From the NCBI GenBank assembly GCA_963665115.1, contig OY762007.1:2656001-2720000 (forward strand): a DNA stretch of 64,000 nt, given 5' to 3'. Origin of the DNA: an uncultured Rivularia sp. Lineage in GTDB: Bacteria > Cyanobacteriota > Cyanobacteriia > Cyanobacteriales > Nostocaceae. Shown piece by piece: positions 1-10,653 of the stretch. The translations under genes and the position numbers were made by a program. Positions within the stretch are counted from its first letter, which is position 1. Every line of letters starts with the position of its first letter. The notes below the pieces were generated by a model that saw nothing but the letters and a program-made list of their open reading frames with translations, searched no databases and had not been told where the DNA came from.

Positions 1-480
1 AGAATACAAGAAGATGGCAGTAGATCTTCCTCGTAGTCGTACATATCACTACAGTAACCATCATGTCAAGGATAATTTTACGGTTTATATAATTGCGATT
101 AATTGTTTAATCGTTGATATGAGTGGATTATTAAAGCCGCTCTTATTTGTGTCCTACGAAAAACCCCATGTCCATTTTTAACAACGGTTAAACTATTAAA
201 TAGATTGTCCCAAATCAAAAAACGGTAAAAAAACTTACGTGTGTATTTACTCTACCCTTGGCAAATGTTAGGTTTTTTCACTACTATGTTTTTCAGTAAT
301 TACCCGAATAGCATATGTTCCTATAACTAGGTATTAATAACATTCAGCAGTTACTACTAAAATTAACCTTTAGGTTGTCTTTTATTCTTTATTAACACAC
401 TTACAACCCGTTAATAACTTTATAGATATACTTTGATGGAAACAATTTATGACAGCGGCAACCCGAATGATACTGATATT

Positions 481-1239
481 ATGACCGCACTTTTACAAAT
501 TGGCGATCGCACTATAAATGTTGATGAAATTCTTCCGTTGCTCAAGCAGTACGGAATGCTGCCTCAGTTGCTTAGAGAAATAGTCATTGATGATGCAACT
601 GCTTCTATAGCGCTTTCCGAAGAAGAAGTTCAGGAAGCGTATAAACAATTTTATCAACAGCAGCAGCTAGGAGATGAGGAGCAATTACAAGCTTGGCTAA
701 AATCCCGTGGTTTGGAGCGCGAACAGCTTGATTATTTGGTTACTCGCACCCTTCGCGTAGAAAAATTTAAGCAAGATACCTGGGGAACAAAGGTAGAGTC
801 ATATTTTCTTCAACGTAAGGAAAAGTTAGATAAAGTAATTTATTCGCTGATTCGGGTTAATGATATTGCCGTTGCCCAAGAATTGTATTTTCGGGTACAA
901 GAAGATGAGCAGCCTTTTGCAGAACTTGCTCGCGAGTATTCTAAAGGGCCAGAAGCGCAGACGGGTGGTTTAATTGGCCCGGTTGAATTGGGGGTTCCCC
1001 ATCCGGTTTTAGCGAAAATGTTACTTAAGTCTCAACCAGGACAAGCTTTACCCCCAACTCGCTTGGGAGATTGGATTTTAATCGTCCGTTTGGAACAATT
1101 TCTGCCAGCGCAGCTAGATTCAGCCACCCACAAGCGACTATTAAACGAGCAATTTGAAACTTGGCTCTCTGGAGAAATATCTTCTGCTATCAAGAATAGT
1201 CAGTTATCGGCGGATAAAAGTGGCTCTACTGAGGATTAA
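481..1239 (+). CDS. PpiC-type peptidyl-prolyl isomerase associated with a type I secretion locus
   Basis: ORF 433-1239 (likely ATG 481, MTALLQIG). Rotamase-like motif FAELAREYSKGPEAQTGGLIGP. Lies directly upstream of the HlyB/HlyD genes. Confidence 0.85.
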   Translation: MTALLQIGDRTINVDEILPLLKQYGMLPQLLREIVIDDATASIALSEEEVQEAYKQFYQQQQLGDEEQLQAWLKSRGLEREQLDYLVTRTLRVEKFKQDTWGTKVESYFLQRKEKLDKVIYSLIRVNDIAVAQELYFRVQEDEQPFAELAREYSKGPEAQTGGLIGPVELGVPHPVLAKMLLKSQPGQALPPTRLGDWILIVRLEQFLPAQLDSATHKRLLNEQFETWLSGEISSAIKNSQLSADKSGSTED

Positions 1240-1243
1240 TTCT

Positions 1244-1478
1244 ATTTTAGATTTTAGATTTTGGATTTTGGATTGAAATTTAAACAGTTGCCGTAGGACT
1301 AAAAATAAAAAGTATCTTATTCTTTATCAGTTGCATTATTACCTAAGCTAGCAAATACGCTTGCGCGTTTTCAAATAATCCAAAATCCAAAATTCTTAAG
1401 TTTTCAGGTGTATTTATAGGATTAATCCAAAATCCGTTAGCGTAGCGTGTCCGAAGGACATAATCCAAAATCCAAAAT
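1244..1478. repeat. Heptamer STRR-type tandem repeats (ATTTTAG/ATTTTGG and the complementary AATCCAA blocks)
   Basis: attttag attttag attttgg attttgg at ~1244-1272; aatccaa aatccaa at ~1376-1392 and ~1424-1478. Confidence 0.8.
1436..1462 (-). mobile_element. Small dispersed double-hairpin micro-element (SDR-like) inserted in an STRR unit
   Basis: aatcc-G[TTAGCGTAGCGTGTCCGAAGGACAT]A-atcc; same family as the tRNA inserts at 54656-55560. Confidence 0.8.
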
Positions 1479-1482
1479 TCCC

Positions 1483-4400
1483 ATGACTTATACAACAACT
1501 AACATCCAAGAATTTTTAGCGGAGATTGCTCCTTTTAACCAGCTGCAACCTCCGGTAATGGCGAAGCTTCTAGAAAAAGCACAGCTGTTCCGCTACCGCA
1601 TGGGACAGGTGATTTTGGCTCGGGAAAAAATGCCCGCTCAAATATCCGTCCTTTTTTCCGGACAAGTGCGTTTATTGGGTTACGAACCTCAAACCCAAAT
1701 ACCCGTAACTTTGGCAAGACTGCAACCCGGAGAAATTATGGGTTGGCTGGAAACAGTGCGGGGAGTACCTGGCTCTACTGCTATAGCTTCGACGGAAGTT
1801 ATTTGTATTAACTTTAGTGCTGCGGATTTTCTAGCTTTATTAGGACAAGAAGAAAGCTTTGGCACATATTTTTACAATCGTGTGGGAATAGTTGAAGTAT
1901 TTGAATTGCTGTCGAAGCAACTAGGTACTCATGCAAATAATCAGTTAATTTTACAAGCATCTGACTGCGCTAATTGCAAGGAATTAACGTTAAAGATTTT
2001 TGATCAAACACAAATTGCTAATTTAACAAATCGTGATGCTGCCAACCAGTTAAACCCCGATTATGTGTGGTTGGTGAGTGGAGGAACGGTTTCTCCTGAA
2101 TTAATCGGCAATCGTTTTGATGAAGATGAGTCTTTACCAAGAGGAAGTCGGGTTCGTTTGTTGGGAGTAAACGAAAATGTCTTTTCACCATTAGAAGACA
2201 CATTGCAAGATACTACCGAAGAAGCGCAACAAGTACATATCGCTGAAGTAATACCTGCTGGAGAATCTTCGACAGGATTCGACGATATTCCCTACGCACC
2301 CAACGAACCACCAGAAGCGGAAGGTAGTTTTAACAAACAAAATGCTGCTGCTGCGATTAAATATCCCCACGTGCGCGGTAGCGGCGAAGTAAATGCAATT
2401 TTGGCTTGTTTCCAGATGTTGAGCAAGCATTTAAATATGCCCTTCCGCAAGGAAGTTATTCGTAAAGTTTTAATAAATCAAAAAAAGCGCACGGGTTCGC
2501 TGTCGTTGCAGCAGTGCGGTGCTGTAGCTCAATTAGTAGGTTTAAGACCCCAACTTGTGGGCGTTCCCTCCGGTGCGTTAGGAAGAATTGAACCTCCTGC
2601 AATAGTGCAATGGCAAGATAGTTATGCCGTACTTTACGAAATTACCAACAAAACCATAGTACTCGGCGTACCGGAATCGGGAATCCTGCGTCAAAATACC
2701 TCAGATGTAGCCCAAGTGCTGCTTCAGTCGCAACCTCAAACCGAAGAGCAACCACAAGATGCTATTCCCATATTGCTGCTGCAAGCCACCTCAGAAACCC
2801 CGCAGCAAAAATTCGGGTTAAGTTGGTTTTTACCATCTTTGAATAAGTATAAAGGCGTACTTGTAGAAGTTTTTATTGCTTCTTTCTTCTTCCAGTTGTT
2901 TGGTTTGGCTAATCCCCTTGTTACCCAGGTAATTATTGATAAAGTTATTAACCAAAACAGTCCAGATACGCTGCAAGTTCTGGGTGTATTTCTACTAGTA
3001 ATTGCAGTATTTGAAGCAATTATTGGTACCATCCGGACTTATTTGTTTGTTGATACCACCAACCGCATTGATTTAGCTCTAGGTTCGGAAATTATCGACC
3101 ACTTACTGCGGCTACCATTACGTTACTTTGAAAAGCGACCCGTAGGTGAACTTTCTACCAGGGTGAACGAATTAGAAAAAATTCGTAGCTTTTTAACAGG
3201 AACCGCTTTAACAGTGGTGTTAGATGCGGTTTTCTCCGTGATCTACATAGTGGTAATGTTTATTTATAGCTGGCTACTGGCTCTCGTAGCCTTGGGGACA
3301 TTACCGCTATTCGCCATCCTTACCTTTGTGGTTTCTCCCATCGTGCGGCGACAGCTACGGTTTAAAGCAGAACGTAACGCCGAAGCACAATCCCACTTAG
3401 TAGAAATTTTATCGGGTATTCAGACAGTTAAAGCGCAAAATATTGAATTGCGATCGCGCTGGCAATGGCAAGAACGTTATGCTCGTTATGTCAGTGCTGG
3501 TTTCAAAAACGTACAGACTTCTACTGCGGCAGGTTCTACCAGTGGTTTTCTCAACAAGCTTTCCGGCTTACTCGTGCTGTGGGTAGGAGCTTATTTAGTA
3601 TTAGACAACAAACTAACTTTGGGACAGTTAATTGCCTTTCGTATTATTGCCGGTTATGTGACTTCTCCCTTGTTACGTCTTACCCAGCTATGGCAGAATT
3701 TCCAGGAAACCGCTTTATCCTTGGAACGCTTAAGCGATATTATCGACTCACCCCAAGAAGCCAGCGAAGAAGATAAAGGTAACATTCCCATGCCAATGAT
3801 TGAAGGGGCTGTTACATTTGATGACGTTTCCTTCCGCTTCAAACCCACCGGTCCGATGCAGTTAAATAACATTAGTTTAGAATTTCCGCCCGGTGTATTT
3901 GTTGGTGTCGTCGGACAAAGTGGTTCCGGCAAAAGTACGTTGATGAAGCTGGTACCGCGTCTTTATCCTTTAGAATCAGGGCGCATTCTCATTGACGGTT
4001 ACGATGTCAATAAAGTAGAACTTTACTCCCTCAGACAGCAAGTAGGAATTGTGCCGCAAGATACACTGCTTTTTGAAGGTTCGGTACAGGAAAATATTGC
4101 TTTAAACTTTCCTGATGCTACTCCAGAGGAGATTATCGAAGCTGCTAAAATTGCAGTAGCACATGAATTTATCATGGAACTGCCGAATGGTTACAATAGT
4201 AGAGTCGGCGAACGAGGTAGCGCTTTATCCGGCGGACAGCGACAAAGAGTCGCAATTGCGCGTACAATTTTGCAAAATCCACGCTTATTAATTCTTGATG
4301 AAGCTACCAGCGCCCTCGACTATGAGTCAGAACGTCAGGTATGCTTAAATTTAGCAGAAGCCTTCAAAGGGCGAACCGTTTTCTTTATTACACACCGCTT

Positions 4401-4536
4401 AAGTACAATCCGTAATGCCGATATTATCTTGATGTTAGATAAAGGTTGTGTGGTAGAACAAGGAACCCATCAAGAACTAATGTCACTAAAAGGGCGTTAC
4501 TACTGTCTCTATCAGCAACAAGAAGCACAAATTTAA
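1483..4536 (+). CDS. hlyB: Type I secretion ABC transporter (HlyB family) with N-terminal cNMP-binding and degenerate C39 peptidase-like domains
   Basis: Walker A GQSGSGKST, signature LSGGQRQR, Walker B LLILDEATSALD, ABC transmembrane region. Likely start ATG 1483, because the ORF-track start 1447 lies inside a repeat insertion. Confidence 0.9.
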   Translation: MTYTTTNIQEFLAEIAPFNQLQPPVMAKLLEKAQLFRYRMGQVILAREKMPAQISVLFSGQVRLLGYEPQTQIPVTLARLQPGEIMGWLETVRGVPGSTAIASTEVICINFSAADFLALLGQEESFGTYFYNRVGIVEVFELLSKQLGTHANNQLILQASDCANCKELTLKIFDQTQIANLTNRDAANQLNPDYVWLVSGGTVSPELIGNRFDEDESLPRGSRVRLLGVNENVFSPLEDTLQDTTEEAQQVHIAEVIPAGESSTGFDDIPYAPNEPPEAEGSFNKQNAAAAIKYPHVRGSGEVNAILACFQMLSKHLNMPFRKEVIRKVLINQKKRTGSLSLQQCGAVAQLVGLRPQLVGVPSGALGRIEPPAIVQWQDSYAVLYEITNKTIVLGVPESGILRQNTSDVAQVLLQSQPQTEEQPQDAIPILLLQATSETPQQKFGLSWFLPSLNKYKGVLVEVFIASFFFQLFGLANPLVTQVIIDKVINQNSPDTLQVLGVFLLVIAVFEAIIGTIRTYLFVDTTNRIDLALGSEIIDHLLRLPLRYFEKRPVGELSTRVNELEKIRSFLTGTALTVVLDAVFSVIYIVVMFIYSWLLALVALGTLPLFAILTFVVSPIVRRQLRFKAERNAEAQSHLVEILSGIQTVKAQNIELRSRWQWQERYARYVSAGFKNVQTSTAAGSTSGFLNKLSGLLVLWVGAYLVLDNKLTLGQLIAFRIIAGYVTSPLLRLTQLWQNFQETALSLERLSDIIDSPQEASEEDKGNIPMPMIEGAVTFDDVSFRFKPTGPMQLNNISLEFPPGVFVGVVGQSGSGKSTLMKLVPRLYPLESGRILIDGYDVNKVELYSLRQQVGIVPQDTLLFEGSVQENIALNFPDATPEEIIEAAKIAVAHEFIMELPNGYNSRVGERGSALSGGQRQRVAIARTILQNPRLLILDEATSALDYESERQVCLNLAEAFKGRTVFFITHRLSTIRNADIILMLDKGCVVEQGTHQELMSLKGRYYCLYQQQEAQI

Positions 4537-4542
4537 TAAAAA

Positions 4543-4672
4543 TGGGAATTGGGGATAGGGCATAGGTCAAAGGTCAAAGGTCAAAGGTTAAAGGTTTCAT
4601 TTATAACTCACTACTCCTAACTCCCAACTCCCAACTCATTACTCCCAACTCCTAACTCCTAACTCCTAACTC
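4543..4672. repeat. STRR heptamer repeats (GGTCAAA, CTCCTAA/CTCCCAA)
   Basis: Tandem ggtcaaa x3 and ctcctaa/ctcccaa arrays between hlyB and hlyD. Confidence 0.85.
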
Positions 4673-4682
4673 TTAAATTCCC

Positions 4683-6234
4683 ATGACTCAACTTAACGGT
4701 AATCTCAACGGCAATGGCTCTCGGCAATCCGTACTCCCTAAATTCCAGAAAACTCCCCAGGACTCGATTCATCAAAAAAATGGTAAATCGCAGATTCCCG
4801 AGTTTGAGCAAGCTGTAATTTTACGGCGATCGCCAGTATTTTCGCGGGCGGCGTTGTGGAGCATTTTGGGCGTAACTGTGTTTACGATTAGTTGGGCGGC
4901 CCTTAGCAAAATTGACCAAGCTATCCCTGCTCAAGGAAAGCTAGAACCCCAAGGAGCGGTTAGGGAAGTGCAGGTTCCTGTTAATGGTTTAGTGGAAAAG
5001 GTTTTTGTGAAAGATGGGCAGCGAGTAAAAGCAGGGGATGTGCTGCTGCATCTGGATCATTCTGGTGCCGAAGCGGAACTGACTTCCGCAAATCAAGTTC
5101 GCAAAGCTTTGATGTTGGAAAATCAATTTTATCGCAGTTTATTTAGTAGGGGCCGCCTCTCCATCACAACCAGCTTCGATTCAAGTTCCTCCAGAAATGT
5201 CAAGGTTGGCTCAAAGCCGCAATGCGTTATTAAAAGAAAACCAGTTTTTTAGAGTGCTGCTGAGTGGAAAGAGCGATGGTGTAAATCTGACAGGGGAAGA
5301 GCAACTGCGTTTATTTTCCAGTCAACAAGAATTAAGAAGTCAAGCCGCTCAAATTAAATTAGAAAGAGATCAGCTAGAGCAACAATTAGCCCAAACTAAA
5401 GAACGACTTGATAACTCCCGAAACATTCTAGCTATCAACCAAAAAATCCTTAACAGTTTAGAAAGTTTGAATACAGAAGGTGCAATTCCTCGCTTGCAGT
5501 ACTTGCAGCAACAGCAAGAAGTTAACAACCGCAAGAGTGAAGTAGCTCAATTAGGTTCGGAAATACAGCGTTTAAGATTGGCTATGGTTCAAACAGGTCA
5601 GCAATTACAAAATGCTTTGTCAACTTCTGCAAAAGATACCTTGACTCGAATTGCAGACAATGAAAAGCGGATTGCTGAAATTGACAGTCAAATTAATAAA
5701 TCGATAGTCGAAAATGAAAAGCGGATTGTTGAATTAGACGGTCAAATCAAGCAAGCAAAATTAACTAGAAAGTATCAAGTTGTTAGAGCTCCAGTAGATG
5801 GAACAGTATTTGATTTAAAAGCCGGAAATCCTGGTTATGTGGCTAATACTACCGAACCCGTGCTGAAAGTGGTACCGGAACAATCTCTGATGGCTGAAGT
5901 ATTTATAACTAACAAAGATATCGGGTTTGTTAGAAAAAATATGCAGGTTGATGTCAGAATTGAAAGCTATAACTTCAGCGAGTTCGGTGATATCAAAGGT
6001 ACGCTTGTGTCCATTGGTGAAGATGCCTTACCACCGGATGAAATTTATCCCTACTACCGTTTCCCAGCTAAAGTGGAACTGAATCGACAAACTTTAAATG
6101 CAAATGGTGAAAAATTACCTCTACAATCTGGTATGTCCGTTACGGCAAACATCAAAACACGAGAACGAAGCATTTTAAGTATATTTACGGATAAGTTTAC
6201 CAAAACAGTAGAAAGCGTCGAGTTCGTTAGGTAA
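4683..6234 (+). CDS. hlyD: HlyD-family type I secretion membrane fusion protein, split by a +1 frameshift near 5142-5144
   Basis: ORF 4683-5252 has the TM helix and the VKDGQRVKAGDVL lipoyl motif; ORF 5197-6234 has the coiled coil and VRAPVDGTV...GMSVTANI. Removing one T from tta-TTT-agta joins them (YRSL-LVGAASPSQP). Confidence 0.85.
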
Positions 6235-6273
6235 ATCGCAAAAATTTAAGATTAATTTAACGTTTACATAAAG

Positions 6274-6308
6274 ATTTCATCCTGTGTATTGCCGCAGGAT
6301 GAAATTTT
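6274..6308 (+). terminator. Probable intrinsic terminator after hlyD
   Basis: Inverted repeat ATTTCATCCTG...CAGGATGAAAT followed by Ts. Confidence 0.6.
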
Positions 6309-7083
6309 ATTATATATTGTGAGAAAATAATAAACTTTCTGTAAAGAAATAAAAAACCTATGTTAATTTATTTGCTTTGTATTTTTTTAGATTATCGTGT
6401 ATAAGTAAGTTTACGAAGTATGTGTTCCCCTCTTGTGCTATTAACGGAAAGTTAGATTTACTTCTGACCAGAAGATAGATAGGCGTGATAGTAGAAAAAT
6501 TAAAATTTAATTATTTCTACGAAAAAAGCAAAAATTTCATGCTCTACTTCTAGTAAGCGCTGTTTGAAGAGCTTTTTCATCGGCGTTTATAGAACCTTTC
6601 CGGAAGACGTAGTAAATAAGCTGTATTGCTCTATTGCAGGATACAAAAACTTAGATGAATTAAAACTGCAATTAAAACCTTCTATTTCAGGCATATGTTC
6701 TGATGCAGAGTCGTAGGTTATTTTTGCATCACAATATTTATCAAAACAGCGGCTAGAAGTTTGCTTTTAATGGAAACCGAATACGGATTTCTTAATTTTT
6801 GCTACCCAAATAATATCAACTTAAAAATGAATTAGAAAAATAAATTCTCAAAACTATTGCTCTATAAGGCAACCAAAAATCCGGACATTTTTTTTCGAGC
6901 AGGGAACATCTGCAACGCAATGTCTTCAAAAATTAAGAAGTATATATTTGTGGTCAAAAATTAAAATCCCAATTCAGCAGCTACAAGGTTTTTTCTAAAT
7001 GTAGGATAACACAGTCATGGTGAAATTGCGTACATCTATCTCAAGAAACATCTTTAAAACAAAACTAAAAAAGGGAAAATAAA

Positions 7084-8760
7084 ATGCTCGAATCTAAACA
7101 AGTTAACTCGGACGAAAATATCCAATACAACTTTGCTTACCTAATCGACACATCCGATAGTGTAGGAACAGATACGCTTCAGCAAGCTAAACAAGCTTAC
7201 ATCAATTTAACTAAATCCTTAGTCGATAGAGGAATTGCAGATGTCAGTAACTTCGGAATAATTCCTTTTGGTTCTAATGCATACCTTGAAACACCAGTAA
7301 ATGCCACCGAGGCAATCTCAACAATTCAAGGCTTGTCTGGCAATGGTTTTACCAATTTCAATGCAGCACTTAAAACAGCAAATCAATTTTTCTCTACCGC
7401 ACCCTCTGAAGCAAGAAATATAGCCTATTTTATCTCTGATGGATATTCAACCACAGGAGGAAGTTTTGAAGATTCTGCAAAAGCTCTTAAAGCAGTAGCT
7501 GACGTGCAAGCTTATGGTTTTGGGGCTGCGAATATTCAAGAATTGAGGATTATAGATTCAGATCAACCTCATATAGTCCCCGAAGTATCACAACTAGCTA
7601 CTACATTTGTTGCTAGTACAGATGGTTTGGTTGCAAACAAGCCTCAAGATTTTGATTCCAAAACGGACGGAGACAACGAGATTGAAATCGCATCTGCTCC
7701 TCCAGATGAAGCTGTCAAAGAAAACTCATCGGATACTACCAGTCAGCAAGTCTTAAAGAGAGACGAAGAAAAATTGGTTGATGATTCTGTTGTCGAGGTT
7801 CCACCTACATCTGAGAAAATAGAAATTGATAATATAGTCAACGTAGGTGCCAACATCGATCCATTGACTGGTGGAGAGCTTCCCGTTGTAAGTATTGAAG
7901 ATATTGAAATCGTTGAAGGTAATTTAGGAACCAGCATCGCTCAATTTACGGTTAATTTATCTTCACCTGCTACCGAGGAGATTGAATTTTTATACCAAAC
8001 TGTCGATGGAAGCGCGATTTCTGCTTCTGACTATAATCAAGCATCCGGACAGATTACCATTCCAATTGGTGAAACCAGCACCCAAATTGATGTTGAAGTA
8101 AATGGGGATAGCGAAGTTGAGCCTGCCGAAGAATTCACTCTGAATCTAAAAGGGTTATCTTCAGCAACTTTTGCAAACAACAAAGCAGAATATAGCAAAG
8201 TTGCCGTTATCAGAAACGATGATGTTGTACAAAATTCACCAATTGTTCCTCAAAACGAAGCGCCAAATATTCTTGATAAGAATCTACTTGATTTAGAATC
8301 CTTCGCTGGGGAGATAGCAATTAACTTCACTTTAGATAGAGAAGCATTGTATGACAATACCGTTGGTTTTTACAAAATTGAAAACGCAGAAGGAACTATT
8401 ACAGATCCAGTAACCGGAAATCAATTTAAACCAAGTGATGGGCAAGCTTATGCTGAACTAGCGATTGAGCTTCGCCAACCCGAATTGGAATTAAGCGTAG
8501 ATAGTCAGAGTTCTATAACTATTCAAGATACCCTCTCAGGAGGATATCTCTATGCTCCCTTCCTCATCGCTGATGGAGATATTGATAGTCTTGAGGGAGA
8601 TTTCAACCAAGTTTACTTCTCGTTTGCTCAAGCCAATTCCGATAAAACCGAGCATATTCGTTCGTTAGGAAACAACACCTTCGGTTTTGAAGATTTAGCG
8701 AATGGTGGTGATAATGACTTTGACGATATGGTTGTCGGCATTGAGATTGCACCTGTTTAG
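7084..8760 (+). CDS. Acidic secreted protein with VWA domain, Calx-beta domain and C-terminal DUF4114-like domain (probable T1SS substrate)
   Basis: MIDAS-like DTSDS...T...SDG; Calx-beta pattern VSIEDIEIVEGN...FTVNLS...YQTVDGSA..SDY; C-terminal FGFEDLANGGDNDFDDMV; no obvious signal peptide. Confidence 0.8.
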   Translation: MLESKQVNSDENIQYNFAYLIDTSDSVGTDTLQQAKQAYINLTKSLVDRGIADVSNFGIIPFGSNAYLETPVNATEAISTIQGLSGNGFTNFNAALKTANQFFSTAPSEARNIAYFISDGYSTTGGSFEDSAKALKAVADVQAYGFGAANIQELRIIDSDQPHIVPEVSQLATTFVASTDGLVANKPQDFDSKTDGDNEIEIASAPPDEAVKENSSDTTSQQVLKRDEEKLVDDSVVEVPPTSEKIEIDNIVNVGANIDPLTGGELPVVSIEDIEIVEGNLGTSIAQFTVNLSSPATEEIEFLYQTVDGSAISASDYNQASGQITIPIGETSTQIDVEVNGDSEVEPAEEFTLNLKGLSSATFANNKAEYSKVAVIRNDDVVQNSPIVPQNEAPNILDKNLLDLESFAGEIAINFTLDREALYDNTVGFYKIENAEGTITDPVTGNQFKPSDGQAYAELAIELRQPELELSVDSQSSITIQDTLSGGYLYAPFLIADGDIDSLEGDFNQVYFSFAQANSDKTEHIRSLGNNTFGFEDLANGGDNDFDDMVVGIEIAPV

Positions 8761-9049
8761 TTTGCGCCCGTTCTCGGTTTCATAGCTCCTTACTTATTCC
8801 TGATTTGGCTAGATTGCTAGAGTTTGAAATCCTCATTTAATAGGTTGTAAACTGTGTCGATTTTGATAATTGTAATTTTGACCGCATCCGTTAAAAAAAA
8901 GGAACCCAACTTGTACACTTTTTATGGTATATGAATTTGAAATAGAACTAAATTACCTGGCAAACCTACTGCTCTTATTACTTTTTCTTTGCATGTGCGA
9001 GGATAAATTATTTGTAGTGCGAGCCGAATTACAACCAGCGATCTAGAAG

Positions 9050-9076
9050 TATGTCCTACAGACACGCTCCGCTAAC
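9050..9076 (+). mobile_element. SDR-like double-hairpin micro-element inside a GTAG/CTAC REP-like palindrome
   Basis: aag-T[ATGTCCTACAGACACGCTCCGCTAA]C-gatg, located within GTAGTGCG(9014)...CGCACTAC(~9102). Confidence 0.8.
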
Positions 9077-9178
9077 GATGAACGCGAATGCTAACGCACT
9101 ACTTCTAGCCCCTCAGAAGTTATGTGGTGGAGTATTAAACGAAACGCTTAATTAATTTTGCACAAGTACCTAAATAAG

Positions 9179-9302
9179 TATAGGAATGACTGCACTCAGA
9201 TATTTAAAATCACTGTAATTTCCTGTTGCCCGTTCCCTGTTCCTTATTCCTTATTCCCTATAGCCTAAAACCTTTATTTTTGGTTTCATCGGGTAAGTCC
9301 TA
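9179..9302 (-). repeat. Left copy of a ~110-120 bp inverted repeat flanking CDS 9417-10160
   Basis: Reverse complement reads TAGGACTTACCCGATGAAACCAAAAATAAAGGTTTTAGGCTATAGG...AATTACAGTGATTTTAAATATCTGAGTGCAGTCATTCCTATAC, matching 10172-10282. Confidence 0.85.
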
Positions 9303-9416
9303 AAATAGATCAATTTTGCTTTAAGTATTATTGCAAACACAATATTCTGATTTTTATATATAACATAAATCTGCCTGCATATAATTACTTGTATAGCAGT
9401 AGTAGATAGTATTGTC

Positions 9417-10160
9417 ATGTACGAAAAAATTATGAATAAAACCATACAAACTCAGGAATTGGCAATTGCTATTACAGTCAAAAACCTCAACCCTAACGTT
9501 CTTAACCTTGATTTTTTGAAGTATAGCAACATCATCTCATCAGAATGGGAGTTAGCGCGTCAGCCAGTTTATACACAAAAATTGACGCAGCTTGTCTTCC
9601 AAAATGGGATTGCAATTGTCGCACAACCAAACCGAATCGTTTTTGCAGAAACTATTGATGCTGCATATATTCAAGAACTACAGATATCTCAAATTGCTGC
9701 AAAATATATAGAAAAGCTACCTAATGTAGAGTATCAAGCTGTAGGAATTAATCCTAAAGGGTTTGTAACTTTTACAGAATCAAATGCTGCTACCAACTAT
9801 TTATTAAAGAATCTACTTGCTTCAGGAGAATGGCGAGAATTTGGTAGCACACCTCCAAAAGCTGCAATTCAATTAGCTTACACTTTAGAACGTTCTCAGT
9901 TCAATTTAACAATCAACGAAGGATTGCTAAAAGTTTCAGAAGCAAAATCCGTGCCAGCAGTATTATTCTCTGGCAACTTTGACTATAAGATTGCCGGTAC
10001 TGAACCAGAAGTCCGCTTAAAAGATTTGCATCAAATTCTCCAGAACTGGAAAATCAACTTAGAAACTTACAAAGAACTGATTAACGATAAGTTTTTGTCT
10101 AATAGAATTGATGATAAAAACTTAATTCCATTCGGTGTTCCTATTTCTCCATCGGTTTAA
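9417..10160 (+). CDS. Conserved cyanobacterial hypothetical protein
   Basis: 247-aa ORF with normal protein composition; no function recognised. Confidence 0.75.
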   Translation: MYEKIMNKTIQTQELAIAITVKNLNPNVLNLDFLKYSNIISSEWELARQPVYTQKLTQLVFQNGIAIVAQPNRIVFAETIDAAYIQELQISQIAAKYIEKLPNVEYQAVGINPKGFVTFTESNAATNYLLKNLLASGEWREFGSTPPKAAIQLAYTLERSQFNLTINEGLLKVSEAKSVPAVLFSGNFDYKIAGTEPEVRLKDLHQILQNWKINLETYKELINDKFLSNRIDDKNLIPFGVPISPSV

Positions 10161-10171
10161 AGAATAGACCA

Positions 10172-10282
10172 TAGGACTTATGCAGTGAAACCAAAAATTC
10201 AGGTTTTAGGCTATAGGCAAAAGGGAATGGGGAACTCTTAATTACAGCGATTTTAAATATCTAAGTACGGCCATTCTTAGAC
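10172..10282 (+). repeat. Right copy of the inverted repeat (MITE-end-like TAGGACTTA motif)
   Basis: TAGGACTTATGCAGTGAAACCAAAAATTCAGGTTTTAGGCTATAGG...AATTACAGCGATTTTAAATATCTAAGTACGGCCATTCTTAGAC. Confidence 0.85.
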
Positions 10283-10474
10283 CAATAAAGGCAACAGGCA
10301 ACACGAATTGATCGTATTGCTCATTTAAGGAAATCGGTGCTTTTAAAGAATACCGAGTTCCTCAATTTTTATACGCAAGGAATTAGTAATTGACAATTAG
10401 GAACGCCCAGTATAAAAATGTACGCTGTTAATTATATTAAGCTGCTGGCAATGACATAATTATAAAGTTTCTCA

Positions 10475-10653
10475 GGGAGCATCCCAATTTTGAATAAATA
10501 CTTTATCCGATACCCGCTTATGGGTGCTGCTACAAAAGTAAAGCCCACCTACGTGGGCTTGGAAACTCTCTCCCGTAGCCCACGCAGGTGGGCTTTGTAG
10601 TATTAGCCCCAGGCTTATAGCCTGCGGGCTTTTTGCAAAATTGGGATGCTCCC
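10475..10653. mobile_element. MITE with 18-bp terminal inverted repeats and internal REP-like palindromes
   Basis: GGGAGCATCCCAATTTTG ... CAAAATTGGGATGCTCCC; internal AAGCCCACCTACGTGGGCTT hairpins; related copy at 43583-43727. Confidence 0.85.
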
